A DNA stretch of 64,000 bases, taken from NCBI GenBank assembly GCA_048128005.1, contig JBEUKZ010000093.1:372001-436000 (forward strand). Direction: 5' to 3'. Position 1 is the stretch's first letter. Every line of letters begins with the position of its first letter. The DNA comes from Veleropilina oligotropha. Taxonomy: Eukaryota. The notes under the pieces are model-generated. The model ran no database searches. It was not told the DNA's origin and saw only the letters and a program-made list of their open reading frames with translations. A program made the translations under genes and the position numbers. This document shows positions 44,094 through 56,989 of this stretch, one piece after another.

Positions 44094-44822
44094 GGCTGCC
44101 GGCATTCGCGACGGCCTCAGTTGCCCGCTTCCGCCGGTGGGAGCGTGCCTGTTAGCACACAGCCAGTCGTGGCTAGAGCTGACAGACAGCAACTGGGTCC
44201 ACTTAGTCGTGAGTGCCGGATACAAGTTGGCATTCAACCGGCATCCGACCTTAACCGAGGCACCACCATCAAGACACGCTCGCCTCCTAAACGGAGAGAA
44301 ACAAGCGGTCTTAGACCAGGCAGTGCGGGATTTGCTCCTAAAAAGAGCGATATATCCCGCGCCGCCCAGCACACCAGGATTTTACAGCCATTTCTTCCTG
44401 GTCCCGAAACCCGATGGCCGCTGGAGACCGATCCTCGATCTCTCGTATCTAAACAGATATCTTCGTACCGAGAAATTCCAGCAAGAAACCCTCTCGAAGA
44501 TTCGAGCGGCCATCCGTCCGGGCGACTGGGCAGCGTCTATCGATCTGACCGACGCGTATCTGCATGTCCCGATGCATATCACGGCTCATCAGTACCTTCG
44601 GTTTATACACGGGGAGACGATCTACCAATTCAGGTGCCTACCGTTCGGTCTATAATCAGCCCCTTACGTTTTCACGAGAACAGTACAGGCCCTAGGGGCC
44701 TTCCTACACTCTCTAGGGCACAGGGTACATATGTACCTCGACGACTGGCTGATCCTCGGGGCGTCCCGAGATCTGTGCCTCCGGTCTACGAGCTTTACCC
44801 TGTCATCGACGAAGCGCCTGGG

Positions 44823-47800
44823 ATATGTAGTTACAAACATACTTACGTCCTTACTCTTGCTAGCCATAATAGTAATATTATCGCTAACCGGAAACAGTGA
44901 ATATGTCACATAATGCACTATTTATAAGTCAAAAAGTACCACGATTACCTCCCCTGCTCCCCCTCTCCTACGTTCCCCCAGCGAGATCTCGCCAAGTCTC
45001 GCGCGACTTCTGAACCGTCGAAGTCACAAGACCTCAATTCAAAGTTTTCCGCTGAAGCGGAAAGACGTTGTTTTTGCTCCGCAAATATTTCGAAATAGGC
45101 GCCTGATTTCACGTTAAATCAGGGCGCAAATATTTACTTATATTAGAATATAAGTGGTGGAATATAACCCTGTGTTGTGGATACAAAACACGAGTGAATA
45201 TAAGAAGATTGTGATTCTCAAAACTTCGAAGAAAGTTCTGGATCAAGTGAAACCGACATCGTCGCTGTTGCTGTAAAAAGCATGGCCGCTTAGAGGGAAA
45301 GTTTCGTGTGTAGCAGAAATTTCTGGTCGGTATATTTATCTGATATTGTTTGAGACTGCAAACAGGTAACTCATTATATTGGATAATTCCTTAACGACGC
45401 TATTTGCTGGTTATTATTGTATAAAATTTCTAGCGTCGTTAATAGGCAGGACTGTTCTGATATTCCTTTAAGTTATTCTGATATCCTGCCGTTTCTGGGA
45501 TAATACGCCATTGTACTAACATAAAAACATCCACGAGGTCTTTTCAGGTGTTTTTCTGGGCGGTTTTTTCTAAGAGAAAACCCCCGTTTGTTCTAGTCAA
45601 TGCCCGGGTTTTTTACCGGGTCGTGTCGGGTAAATACCCGACCTCGGTGTTCCCAGTGCGGGGTTTTTTGCGTTTTTTTTGCGCTTTTGCGGTATATCGC
45701 TTGATCTTTGATCTTCAGATCAGGGCAATTCTAGGAGTTGTCGTAGTATAGTCACAACTACCATATATATACCTATTTCACTACCCCGTATACCCACTAC
45801 TATCCTCCCGTGTATACCCTATGGTCCGGTGCAGTAGCTCCGGGTGTAACCAGAAAATTCACGGGTTTTGATACGCACACGGAATGCCGTATTCACCGTA
45901 GTTGTAGTAAAATTAAACTTCAGTGTGATTTGTGCCTTGTTTTTACAGACAAGCAGTGGGCGGTTCTATCCCAACCGGGTAAGTCGACCAGGGCGACTGC
46001 CACGGTGGGCCCTCCTCGGGAAAAGGGGCAGGAAAAGGGGCTGATTGCAGACAGTAGGTTAAGGGATAATTCTTCTTTGTCTACTTCAGGGACGCTGGAC
46101 GACAGCCGGCGTAAAGCCGTCTGTCGCCGGATCTACCGGCGAAACCTCCGCGACTCTTGGGGGAGTCACCGAACCCTTGCCGGGACCCCAGATTCAGGTA
46201 AAGGCCCGAGTGCCGACCGTTCCTCCTCAACCGGGCTTAGTAACTGCAGTCAGCCATACCTTGCCGGCTAGCAAGGTATACATGACAACGCAGCGAACGG
46301 TTGAACAGGGCAGACAATCCCCATCCTTTTCTTCGGCCTCGAAGAATAAGGGAACAGTTAGTCCTTCTGCGGGAAACTCTCCGTCTAGCGACGGGGACAG
46401 ACCCAATGCAGAGAAAGCCTTTAAAGAGGCCGGGCACCTACTTGTAGGTCTAAGACTCGGACAATTGGCGACGCCTGAATCCTCGCTCGAGACCGACGCG
46501 ACTTCCCCTAGGGGTTTTCCGCTCAACCTCGAGGCTCACGAGACGTTCAGAGGGCCCGGTCTCTCCCGTGCACCCTACGTGGTCACGCTAGAGAACGTGG
46601 ACAGACCGGCTGCGTTCGGGACGGGGTTCTACGGAGGTTTTCCGTCCGTGCCTCGCTCGAACAGAGTGGTAGACCGATCAGAACTGTTGCCGCAGTTCTA
46701 CCGGTCGTCCGGCCCACCGAACGCGCCTCCGGGCCGTTCTTTCGGGTTCGACCCCTCGACAAGTGCCCTCGGACCCTGGTCCTCGGCCCCGCTTGTCCAT
46801 GCAGCCCGTCTACCTAGCGCCACGGTGACTTCGACCGAACTACCGGCTGTTAGTTCGACGCCCGTCATGCCTCCGGGTTTCTCTTTAGAGAACGTCCAGG
46901 CTATGTTCGCGGCGGAGTTCGAGTACCGATGTCGGGCCTGGCAACCGGCTTCCTATAGCCGCTCCAGGTACCTACACCTCTGCCTGTGGCGCAGAGCACG
47001 GCTCCTGCCTCCGTGGTGGGGATCGAACCTCGTTCCGACGAGGACCTCGACTCCACTCACTCCGACCTCCCTGTATCGGTCGGGCCCGAAGACGCTGGTA
47101 GTCTTCCAGGCACGCAGGAGCCGACCTCCACCACCCGCCGAACTCGACGCTGTTGCGTCACTTCGCGGGGTGCTTGACCTGCCGGAACCGACTCGGTCGT
47201 ATGTAGGCCCGGTCAAGCACAGGACGGCGGCGCATCGGTTTGTTGAGAAGGAAGCCCCCTTGCTTCCTTCCTTACCTCAGTCCGGGCTGGTTGATCGGGT
47301 GTTGACTCGACAACCAAGCTCAGTCGGGGGCGCAATCCGGTGGAGTCCTCCCCACTGACCGAGTACCCTTCGGGGTTCCGTAGTGGGAGGTACCTCCGGG
47401 CCAGTTCGCGTTCGATCCCGTTCGCATGTACTGGTCCGTGCCTGGCGACTGAGCCGGCTCGTGTTGACGCAGCGTTGCGTTGACTGACCGCCAGTCACAC
47501 TCCCTCTGTAGCGAGAGTTCCTGGGTTCGCCTTGGAAGCTTTCGAGAGCTCCGCCCGATGGGCTCTGCGGCTGTCGTCCGTTCAGGTTTTTTCCTAGACG
47601 GGCGATAGCCGTATTACAGGAGGATGGACCCGGCGCCCGTGGGCTGCCCTGTCCTTCCTCCAGGAGGTTGCTGCCGTTATGGAGACCAACGCGTTGGAGA
47701 CGGGACGTGTCCTGGGTAACGCACTCCTACTTCGTAGGGTCGCTTACCTTGAAGGCACCTCGCTAGATGAGGCCACCCGGCGCTCGTTGCGATGCGTGCC

Positions 47801-50800
47801 TTCCTCGGCCACCACTCTATTTGCCGACGATTTCTCGGAATTCGTCGACAGAGAGCGGCGGACCTGACGGACCGTACCATCGAGTAGGCGGTGCTGCACC
47901 CCCCGGGGGTCCACCCGCCGACTCGAGGAAGCGTTCAGGGCCCACCTGGACCCCGAAGCCTTCCAAGCGTGCATGGCCCTCTTCTGGTGGTAGGCCCCGG
48001 CCATTAACCCACTCCGAAGAGGCAAGCACCTCCAACAAGCTCCCGTACGCAGAGCGGGAGAGGGAAGCCTCGGCCCTAGGGCTGCCGGCACACACGACAG
48101 TCCCAGCTACCCGCTTCCGCCGGTGGAAGCGTATCTGTTAGCGTACAGCCAGCCGTGGCTAGACTACCAGACAGTAGCTGGGTCCCTCCGTCGTGAGTGC
48201 CGGATACAAGTTGGTTCAACCGGCGTCCGACCCTAAACGAGGCACCACCAACAAGACACGCTCGCCTCCTTAACGGTGAGAAGCGAGCGGTCTTAGGCCA
48301 GGCAGTGCGGGACCTACTCCGCAAGGAGCAATATATCCCGCGCCGCCCAGCACACCAGGATTATACAGCCATTTCTTCCTGGTCCCGAATCCCGATGGCC
48401 GCTAGCGACCGATCTTCGGTCTCTCGTTAACTATATCTTCGTACCGAGAAATTCCAGCAAGAAACCCTCTCGAAGATACGAGCGGCCATCCATCCGGGCG
48501 CCTGGGCAGCGTCTATCGATCTGACCGACGCGTATCTGCATGTCCCGATGCATATCACGGCTCATCAGTACCTTCGGTTTACACACGGGGAGACGATCTA
48601 CCATTCAGGTGCCTACCGTTCGGTCTATCGTCAAGCCCGTACGTCTTCACGAGAACAGTACAGGCCCTTAGGGCCTTCCTACACTCTCTAGGGCTCAGGG
48701 TACATATATACCTCGACGACTGGCTGATCCTCGGGGCGTCCCGAGATCTGTGCCTCCGGTCTACGAGCTTTACCCTGTCATCAACGAAGCGCCTGGGATT
48801 TCAGATCAATGAGACAAAACCCGGCTTCGTGCCCTCGACGACGTTTACGTTTCTCGGGGTCGACTTCGATACGGTCCGGTACACCGCGAAACCGGCCCAG
48901 AAACGTATGCGGAACCTACGCGCGGTTATCCAAGACACCCTGTCATCGGACATAACTACAGCGCGACAACTGGCCACTGTCCTGGGGCACTTCGAGTCGG
49001 CAGCGACCCTGCTACCGACGGGTCACAAATCGACCGTTACACCAGGCGTTCAGGGATCGCTGGATACAACGGACGGGGCAGTGGACGGATCGCATCGATC
49101 TTCGGCATTGGTTTACCAGCACAACAGCAGTGTGGTTGAACCCTGCTTTGCCGGACCAGTCGGTTCCTATATCCCCGCCAGAGCCGAACGCTTACCTGTT
49201 CACAGACGCTTCGAACGACGGCTGGGGTGGTCACCTCGACAGTTACGAGACATCAGGCCTATGGCCGACGGACCTTCAGGGACGACATATCAACTTCCTA
49301 GAGTTAGAAGCCGTCTACCTGTCAGTACGGTCCCTCTCGTCACATCTCCGCTACAAGCACAGAATGCTCGCCACGGACTACACGACTGTCGTCGCTTACA
49401 TCCAGCACCAGGGCGGCACTCGCTCGCGTCCCCTTTGCGACCGAGCAATAGACCTACACCGCTTAGTGATGTCCCTCATCTCGACGGTTCGAGCCCGACA
49501 CATCCCGGGAAAGCTGAATGTCAGAGCGGATTCGCTCTCTCGGAAATCACAGATAATACACACAGAGTGGACGCTACACAGCCGAGTAGCTCGGGACGTT
49601 TGCCGCCGGTGGTCGCAACCCCAAGTCGATCTGTTTGCAACAGAGTTCAATTACCGACTACCTCTGTATGTCTCCCCGTACCCGGACCCGGCCGCCCTAG
49701 CGGTCGACGCACTGTCAATGACATGGGAGAATCTGTCCGCGTATGCCTTCCCCCCGTCGTGCATTCTAACACTGGTATTACAGAAGGCATCGAACGAACG
49801 TTGCAGATAACGCTAATCGCGCCCCTATATCGCACGCAACCTTGGTTTCCGACCCTCCTCGATCTGATCGTCGACCGACCGTTTTCGCTTCCGCAAAGAC
49901 CGGGCCGGTTAATGCAGGCGCGCAGCCGTGTATTACAACATCGCGAACGACTTACGTTTACACGCCTGGCGGTTATCGAACGATCCCGTGCTAAGAAAGG
50001 AATTTCTCGCGCAACAGCCCTACGCATCCCGATCGAGAAGGCTTTCCACGACTAAAGTTTATGACTACCGATGGGTTAAGTACGTGGATTGGTGTTACAG
50101 CCGGCAGGTAAATATACCCCGCCCCCCTGTGAACAAGTTTATTGAGTTTTTATCGTCGCTCTTTGAACGCGGTATGTCAGTGTCCGCCGTCAAAGCTATC
50201 GGGCAACGGTCGCGAGTGCCGTGCCCGTGGTAACCTACCTAGCGACCGAACTATTTGGATTTCTGCGATCCTTCGAACTCAAAGTTTCGACCCGTACGAA
50301 ACGGCCAGCTTGAAACATCGCTCTCATTTCTTAACGCTCTCTTCTACCCGACTAGCCTATGGGCCCGTCCTCTATGAGGAACTTAACGCACAAAACAGTT
50401 TTTCTGATCGCCTTAGCGTCGGGCAGGCGTTGTTCCGTTTTTCATAGTCTATCCGAGAGCTACGAGACGTTCGTTTCCAGTCGACGGGTCGGTGATGCGG
50501 CGTCATATCTTGGGTTTCCTCGCCAAGAATCAACGGCCGATCGAAGACGCAACCGATATCGTTACCCTCTAGCGCTGGTCAGAGACCCGATGTGGACCGA
50601 TAAATCTGTCATATATGCGTGCCTACGTTACTACCTCGACAGGATCAGTGTTACGCGGCAAGGAAAACTACATATATTTTATTCGTATTTACCTTCTTAT
50701 CCGCGACATTTCGTAGACTACTGTTTCGCGGAGGTTTTCACATGTAGTGAGAGACTACTCTCGCTGTGAAAAGTAGGCCGCACGCACTTTTGTATCGTTC

Positions 50801-52184
50801 CGCGCACACGAGGTCCGTGTTTTCGCAGATTCACATCTCAGCGCTACTGCAAAATGTCTTTATTAAGCCTTTTCTGGGGACTATTCCATGCGGCTGATGG
50901 AGTGTGCAGTTTTACTGCTCAACGATGTATTGTAGACCGAGGTCGTCTAATCAGTAAGTATTGTTACTTGTTTGATCAATTTACATAATTACTGACGCCA
51001 TTTTATTTTGGTTGGCCTAGCTGTGTTATGTAATTAACACCTATGAGGCAGTTCAATGTCTGTTCATTTCTTAAAACTATTTTAAGATTCTGTACTTTTC
51101 ATGTCATACCTGAGTATTGACAGCCAGATTACATTGAATTTAATAAAACAACTTTATAATTTTGCACAAATCTTAAAAAGATTGAGGTTCAATATTATTA
51201 TGTTCTTTGCTGTACTCGAACATACGATGTTCAATACATTGAAAAATTTTGATTCCTTAAATTTTATTTTTAAGTAACATGTCGTACATTTTTGCTTCCT
51301 TAAAATTTATTTTAAGTGACATGTCGTCCATGTTAGCATTCGCAAGTTGGTCATGCGAATTACTTATTAATATCGATTATTTATAATAATCTATTAATTC
51401 TTTGCTTTTGATTTAAAGCTTTCACAACCTGTTAGGTTCCGTGTGCTTACAAATCCGACTGCATCCTCTGGCTGCCGGCCTATAGGCCCGGACTTCCATT
51501 TGGCTGCCACTGGTCCATGACACGTAAGACCTACAGGGATTCATCCTTCCGGCCGTGCCTGGAGCTGATTGCACTTCCGTTCACCTCGTCCGTCTAACAC
51601 CACGGCGTATTCTCCCGGTAACACTGGTTGAAATTCTCGCTTGGTAAGGGTAGAATAATACTCAGTAAATTCCACTCTGGCCGGACACAATCGACGCTTC
51701 ATGCTGATTGAAATGGTGAAAAGTAAGTCATTATCTTGTTTGGGTTTGTTGTAAGGAACGTCTTACCCACCTATCCAAGGTTATTCTGGCAAGAGTAAGG
51801 ACGTAAGTATGTTTGTAACTACATATGAGGTTTTAATGTAAACCTAATATTAGTATAAAACATACTTACGTCCTTACCACGGTTACCCACCCTGCGTTTC
51901 GCATTCCTCCCCTCTACTACGTTCCTTTGGGGTTTTTGGAACTTTGAATTGAGGTCTTGTGACTTCGACGGTTCAGAAGTCGCGCGAGACTTGGCGAGAT
52001 CTCGCTGGGGGAACGTAGGAGAGGGGGAGCAGGGGAGGTAATCGTGGTACTTTTTGACTTATAAATAGTGCATTATGTGACATATTCACTGTTTCCGGTT
52101 AGCGATAATATTACTATTATGGCTAGCAAGAGTAAGGACGTAAGTATGTTTTATACTAATATTAGGTTTACATTAAAACCTCAT
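44823..52184 (+). mobile_element. DIRS family B inner copy nested in the RT gene of the outer copy; internally degraded
   Basis: Host sequence gcctgggat|ttcagatcaa (intact at ~48791) is split; the copy has its own ITRs and ICR (~51790-51875); many frameshifts. Confidence 0.92.
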
Positions 52185-53527
52185 TTCAGATCAACGAGAC
52201 AAAATCCTGCTTCGTGCCCTCGACGACGTTTACGTTCCTCGGAGTCGACTTCGATACGGTCCGGTACACCGCGAAGCCGACCCAGAAGCGTATACGGAAC
52301 CTACGCGCGGTTATCCAAGACACCCTGTCATCGGACATAACTACGGCGCGACAACTGGCCACTGTCCTGGGGCACATCGAGTCGGTAGCGACCCTGCTAC
52401 CGACGGGTCGCATGGACAAAAGACCGTTACAACAGGCGTTCAGGGATCGCTGGATACAACGGACGGGGCAGTGGACGGATCGCATCGATCTACGGCATTG
52501 GTTTACCAACACAACAGCAGTGTGGTTGAACCCTGCTTTGCCGGACCAGTCGGTTCCTATATCCCCGCCAGAGCCGAACGCTTACCTGTTCACAGACGCT
52601 TCGAACGACGGCTGGGGTGGTCACCTCGACAGTTACGAGACATCAGGCCTATGGCCGACGGACCTTCAGGGACGACATATCAACTTCCTAGAGTTAGAAG
52701 CCGTCTACCTGTCAGTACGGTCCCTCTCGACACATCTCCGCAACAAGCACATAATGCTCGCCACGGACAACACGACTGTCGTCGCTTACATCCAGCACCA
52801 GGGCGGCACTCGCTCGCGTCCCCTTTGCGACCGAGCAATAGACCTACACCGCTTAGTGATGTCCCTCAACTCGACGATTCGAGCCCGACACATCCCGGGA
52901 AAGCTGAATGTCAGAGCGGATTCGCTCTCTCGGAAATCACAGATAATACACACAGAGTGGACGCTACACAGCCGAGTAGCTCGGGACGTTTGTCGCCGGT
53001 GGTCACAACCCCAAGTCGATTTGTTTGCAACAGAATTCAATTACCGACTACCTCTGTATGTCTCCCCGTACCCGGACCCGGCCGCCCTAGCGGTCGACGC
53101 ACTGTCAATGACATGGGAGAATCTGTCCGCGTATGCCTTCCCCCCGTCGTGCATTCTATCACTGGTATTACAGAAGGCATCGACCGAACGTTGCGAGATA
53201 ACGCTAATAGCGCCCCTGTATCGCACGCAACCTTGGTTTCCGACCCTTCTCGATCTGATCGTCGATCGACCGTTAGCGCTACCGCAGAAACTAGACCTGT
53301 TAATGCAGCCGCGCACCCGTGTACTCCACGAATCACCGAACGACTTACGTTTACACGCCTGGCGGTTATCGAACGATCCCTTGCTAAGAAAGGATTTTCT
53401 AAAGCTACAGCCCTACGTATCTACCGATCGAGACGGATTTCCACGACAAAAGTTTATGACTACCGATGGGTCAAGTACGTGGATTGGTGTCACAGCAGGC
53501 AGGTCAATATACTCCGTCCCCCTGTGA
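52185..53527 (+). pseudogene. 3' half of the outer DIRS-B RT/RNaseH/MT ORF
   Basis: FLGVDFDT, FTDAS, HINFLELEA, VDLFAT, YAFPP. Confidence 0.88.
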
Positions 53528-54438
53528 ACAAGTTTATCGAGTTTTTATCGTCGCTCTTCGACCGCGGTATGTCAGTGTCCGCCGTCAAAGGCTATCGGGC
53601 AACGATCGCGACTACGTTAAAACAGTGTCGTGCCCATGCTGGCCTATCAAGCGACCGAACGATTTCAGATTTTATTCGATCTTACGAACTCGAGATACCG
53701 ACCCGGAAAATTAAGCCACCTGCCTGGAATATCGTACTAATTCTTAACGCATTACTCTTACCCCCGTATGAGCCGATGTCCGAGATAACCATCAGGAACT
53801 TGACGCACAAAACGGTTTTTCTGATCGCCTTAGCGTCGGGCAGGCGTTGTTCCGAGATTCATGCTTTCTCCGCCGAGCTAAGAGATATTCGATTCCAGTC
53901 AGACGGGTCGGTGATACTGCGTCCAATCTTGGGCTTTCTAGCCAAGAACCAACGGCCGAACGAGGACGCACCCGATGTTATTATCCCGAAGCTAACGCTT
54001 GTCGGAAGGCACGATGCAGACCGCTTCAATTGCCCGGTACGGGCTCTTCGCTTCTACCTAGACAGAACCCGTGACATGCGGCGAGGGAAATTACGTTTAT
54101 TCATTTCGTATTTGCCTACCTACACCCGCGACATTACGAGAACAACTGTTTCGCGGTGGATTTCACAGACTGTGAGGGATGTATACATCCGCTGTGAAGA
54201 CGAAGACCGCACTATTTTATCGGTCCGCGCCCATGAGGTCCGGGCGATTGCTGCGTCTGTAGCATTCCGACACAGTTTGAATATCAATGCGTTACTTCAG
54301 GCAGGTTATTGGAAAAACGCTAATGTGTTTGTTAAACATTATCTGCGGGATTATTCGACAGGTGCTGATGGATTGAGCAGTTTACAATGTGTTGCTGCTC
54401 AAAGATGTATTGTTAGACCGAGGTCTTCTAACCAGTAA
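52471..54438 (+). CDS. DIRS-B tyrosine recombinase ORF (open; N-terminal part overlaps the RT frame)
   Basis: SAM-like TTKVYDYRWVKY, then LASGRRCSEIHA, RAHEVRAIAAS and GYWKNANVFVKHYL. Confidence 0.88.
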   Translation: MDGSHRSTALVYQHNSSVVEPCFAGPVGSYIPARAERLPVHRRFERRLGWSPRQLRDIRPMADGPSGTTYQLPRVRSRLPVSTVPLDTSPQQAHNARHGQHDCRRLHPAPGRHSLASPLRPSNRPTPLSDVPQLDDSSPTHPGKAECQSGFALSEITDNTHRVDATQPSSSGRLSPVVTTPSRFVCNRIQLPTTSVCLPVPGPGRPSGRRTVNDMGESVRVCLPPVVHSITGITEGIDRTLRDNANSAPVSHATLVSDPSRSDRRSTVSATAETRPVNAAAHPCTPRITERLTFTRLAVIERSLAKKGFSKATALRIYRSRRISTTKVYDYRWVKYVDWCHSRQVNILRPPVNKFIEFLSSLFDRGMSVSAVKGYRATIATTLKQCRAHAGLSSDRTISDFIRSYELEIPTRKIKPPAWNIVLILNALLLPPYEPMSEITIRNLTHKTVFLIALASGRRCSEIHAFSAELRDIRFQSDGSVILRPILGFLAKNQRPNEDAPDVIIPKLTLVGRHDADRFNCPVRALRFYLDRTRDMRRGKLRLFISYLPTYTRDITRTTVSRWISQTVRDVYIRCEDEDRTILSVRAHEVRAIAASVAFRHSLNINALLQAGYWKNANVFVKHYLRDYSTGADGLSSLQCVAAQRCIVRPRSSNQ

Positions 54439-55897
54439 GTATTGTTCCTTGATTAATCAATTTACATAATTTACTGACGCCATTTTATTTTTGTTGGCCT
54501 AGCTGTGCTATGAAATAGACACCTATGAGGCAGTTCAATGTCTGTTCATTTCTTAAAAGTATTTTAAGATTTTGTACTTTACATGTCATACCTGAGTATT
54601 GACAGCCAGATTACATTGAATTTAATAAAACAACTTTATAATTTTGCACAAATCTTAAAAAGATTGAGGTTCAATATTATTATGTTCTTTGCTGTAATCG
54701 AACATACGATGTTCAATACATTGAAAAATTTTAATATTTGATTCCTTAAAATTTATTTTTAAGTAACATGTCGTACATATTAGCTTCCTTAAAATGTTTT
54801 TTAAGAAACATGTCGTACATGTTAGCATTCGCAAGTTGGTCATGCGAATTACTTATTAATATCGATTATTTGCAATAATCTATTAATTCTTTGCTTTGAT
54901 TTAAAGCTTTCACAACCTGTTAGGTTCTGTGTGCTTACAAATCCGACTGCATCCTCTGGCTGCCGGCCTATAGGCCCGGAGTACCATTTGGCTGCCACTG
55001 GTCCATGACACGTAAGACCTACAGGGATTCATCCTTCCGGCCGTGCCTGGAGCTGATTGCACTTCCGTTCACCTCGTCCGACTAACACCACGGCGTATTC
55101 TCCCGGTAACACTGGTCGAAATTCTCGCTTGGTAAGGGTAGAATAATACTCAGTAAATTCCACTCTGGGCGGACACAATCGACGCTTCAAATGCTGATTG
55201 AAATGGTGAAAAGTAAGTCATTATCTTGTTTGGGTTTGTTGTAAGGAACTTCTTACCCACCTATCCAAGGTTATTCTGGCAAGAGTAAGGACGCAAGTAT
55301 GTTTGTAACTACATATGAGGTTTTAATTTAAACCTAATATTAGTTAAAACATACTTACGTCCTTACCACGGTTACCCACCCTGCGTTTCGCATTCCTCCC
55401 CTCTACTAAGTTCCTTTGGGGGTTCTGAACTTTGAATTGAGGCCTTGTGACTTCGATGGTTCGGAAGTCTCGCGAGACTTGGCGAGATCTCGCTGGGGGA
55501 ACTTAGGAGAGCGGGAGCAGGGGAGGTAATCGTGGTACGTTTTGACGTATAAAGAGTGCATAATGTGACTTATTCACTGTTTCCGGTTAGCGATAATATT
55601 ACTATTATGGCAAGAGTAAGGACGTAAGTATGTTTTAACTAATATTAGGTTTAAATTAAAACCTCATTTCTGAAGCATTGGGCTCTTGTGGGTATATGCA
55701 GAGTGTTGACAGCATGTAACTGATACCTATATATATAGCTGTTAATTTTTAATCACCGTGATCATGTGACATTGATTGCCAAGCTAACCAACAAGCACTA
55801 AATAAACTTTTCTTGAGAACGATTTGGTGATGTAAGTAATCTAAGTAGTACTGACATGCCTAAAAATTGACTTCTCCCAAAATTCACGATTTGCTTT

Positions 55898-56488
55898 CTA
55901 TGGTGGCATATTTCTGCCAACCACATTCACATATCCACTTATTTATGTGGTCTTATTATCTAGATAATTATGTAGGTATCTACATAATAATATATCTACT
56001 TAGTCACATAATTATGTCGACCTCTAGATCATATATCTAGTTAGCGAGATACATACTGTTTTGCATGAATATATGTAAAATTAATTGTTTCTTTCAAAAA
56101 TCGACGCCATGCTCCGAAGTGCCATCTACATATCTACATATAGACAAGTTCAACGGAAAAATCGCAGACAATAATTGCTGAAATCTTAGTTAGTACGCAA
56201 TGCATAGGCACGAATTAACCTGCGTGCAATCACTCAATTTGAAAGTATTGCCCATTTTAGGTGGCCAACATCTCCTGGCGTTACTGTAATGGTCTGTCCG
56301 TTTTATTATACAAGTATGTGGATATGTCGATGGCAGTTTGGATCACTGCATAGATTTTCGTTCGACATATCCACTTATGCAAAAAGATCATGTATGTTGC
56401 TAACTAGATATATTATCCACTTAAATATTTAGATATTAAGACCATATAATTAAGTGAATATGTGGATGGCAGAAATATGCCACCATAG
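55898..56488. mobile_element. Foldback MITE with 4-bp TSD CTTT
   Basis: cttt|ctatggtggcatatttctgcca ... tggcagaaatatgccaccatag|cttt; long imperfect arms. Confidence 0.75.
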
Positions 56489-56593
56489 CTTTCATTTCAA
56501 CAAGCATTTTCATTTGATTTAAATAGAATTTGTTTGGGTTTAGGAAGTGCATTACTGCCACTCATATTAAAACCCATTGTCGTTTCTGGTCAT

Positions 56594-56925
56594 CTATAGC
56601 CTGCCCTGTTTCTTAAAATAATAATCTATGCGGTTTTTAAATTGATTTACAGATGTTGATTCTACTACATTACTAGGAAGACTGTTCCATTCATCGACAA
56701 CCCGTTTTGAGAAAAAGTGTTTTATAACGACTAGTCGGAATCTTTTTTTGTAAACTTTGTATTTATGGCCCCTGGTAGGTCTTTGGTTCATCTGAAAAAA
56801 GAAAGTACTGTCAACATTGTCAATTCCTGTAAACATTTTAAATACCTGAATCATATCCCCCCATGTCCTTCTCAAAGACAATGTTGTGAGGTTAAGTGCT
56901 CTTAGTCTATCCTGAAACTGTAACT
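56594..56925 (-). pseudogene. CR1 LINE ORF2 3' fragment
   Basis: GDMIQVFKM..TRGHKYK..FFSKRVVDEWNSLP..FKNRID. Confidence 0.85.
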
Positions 56926-56989
56926 GGACCTCGCATTATTTTCAATACGCATTCATTTATGTTTCTACGGTATATAACATAGAAACAAA

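Larger units (their letters stand above)
39720..55667 (+). mobile_element. DIRS retrotransposon, family B, outer copy (two insertions inside)
   Basis: 5' ITR from 39720, ICR at ~55280-55365, 3' ITR ending ...aaacctcat at 55667. gag 40705-42420 plus 43557-44093; RT 43885-44824 plus 52185-53527. Confidence 0.92.
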
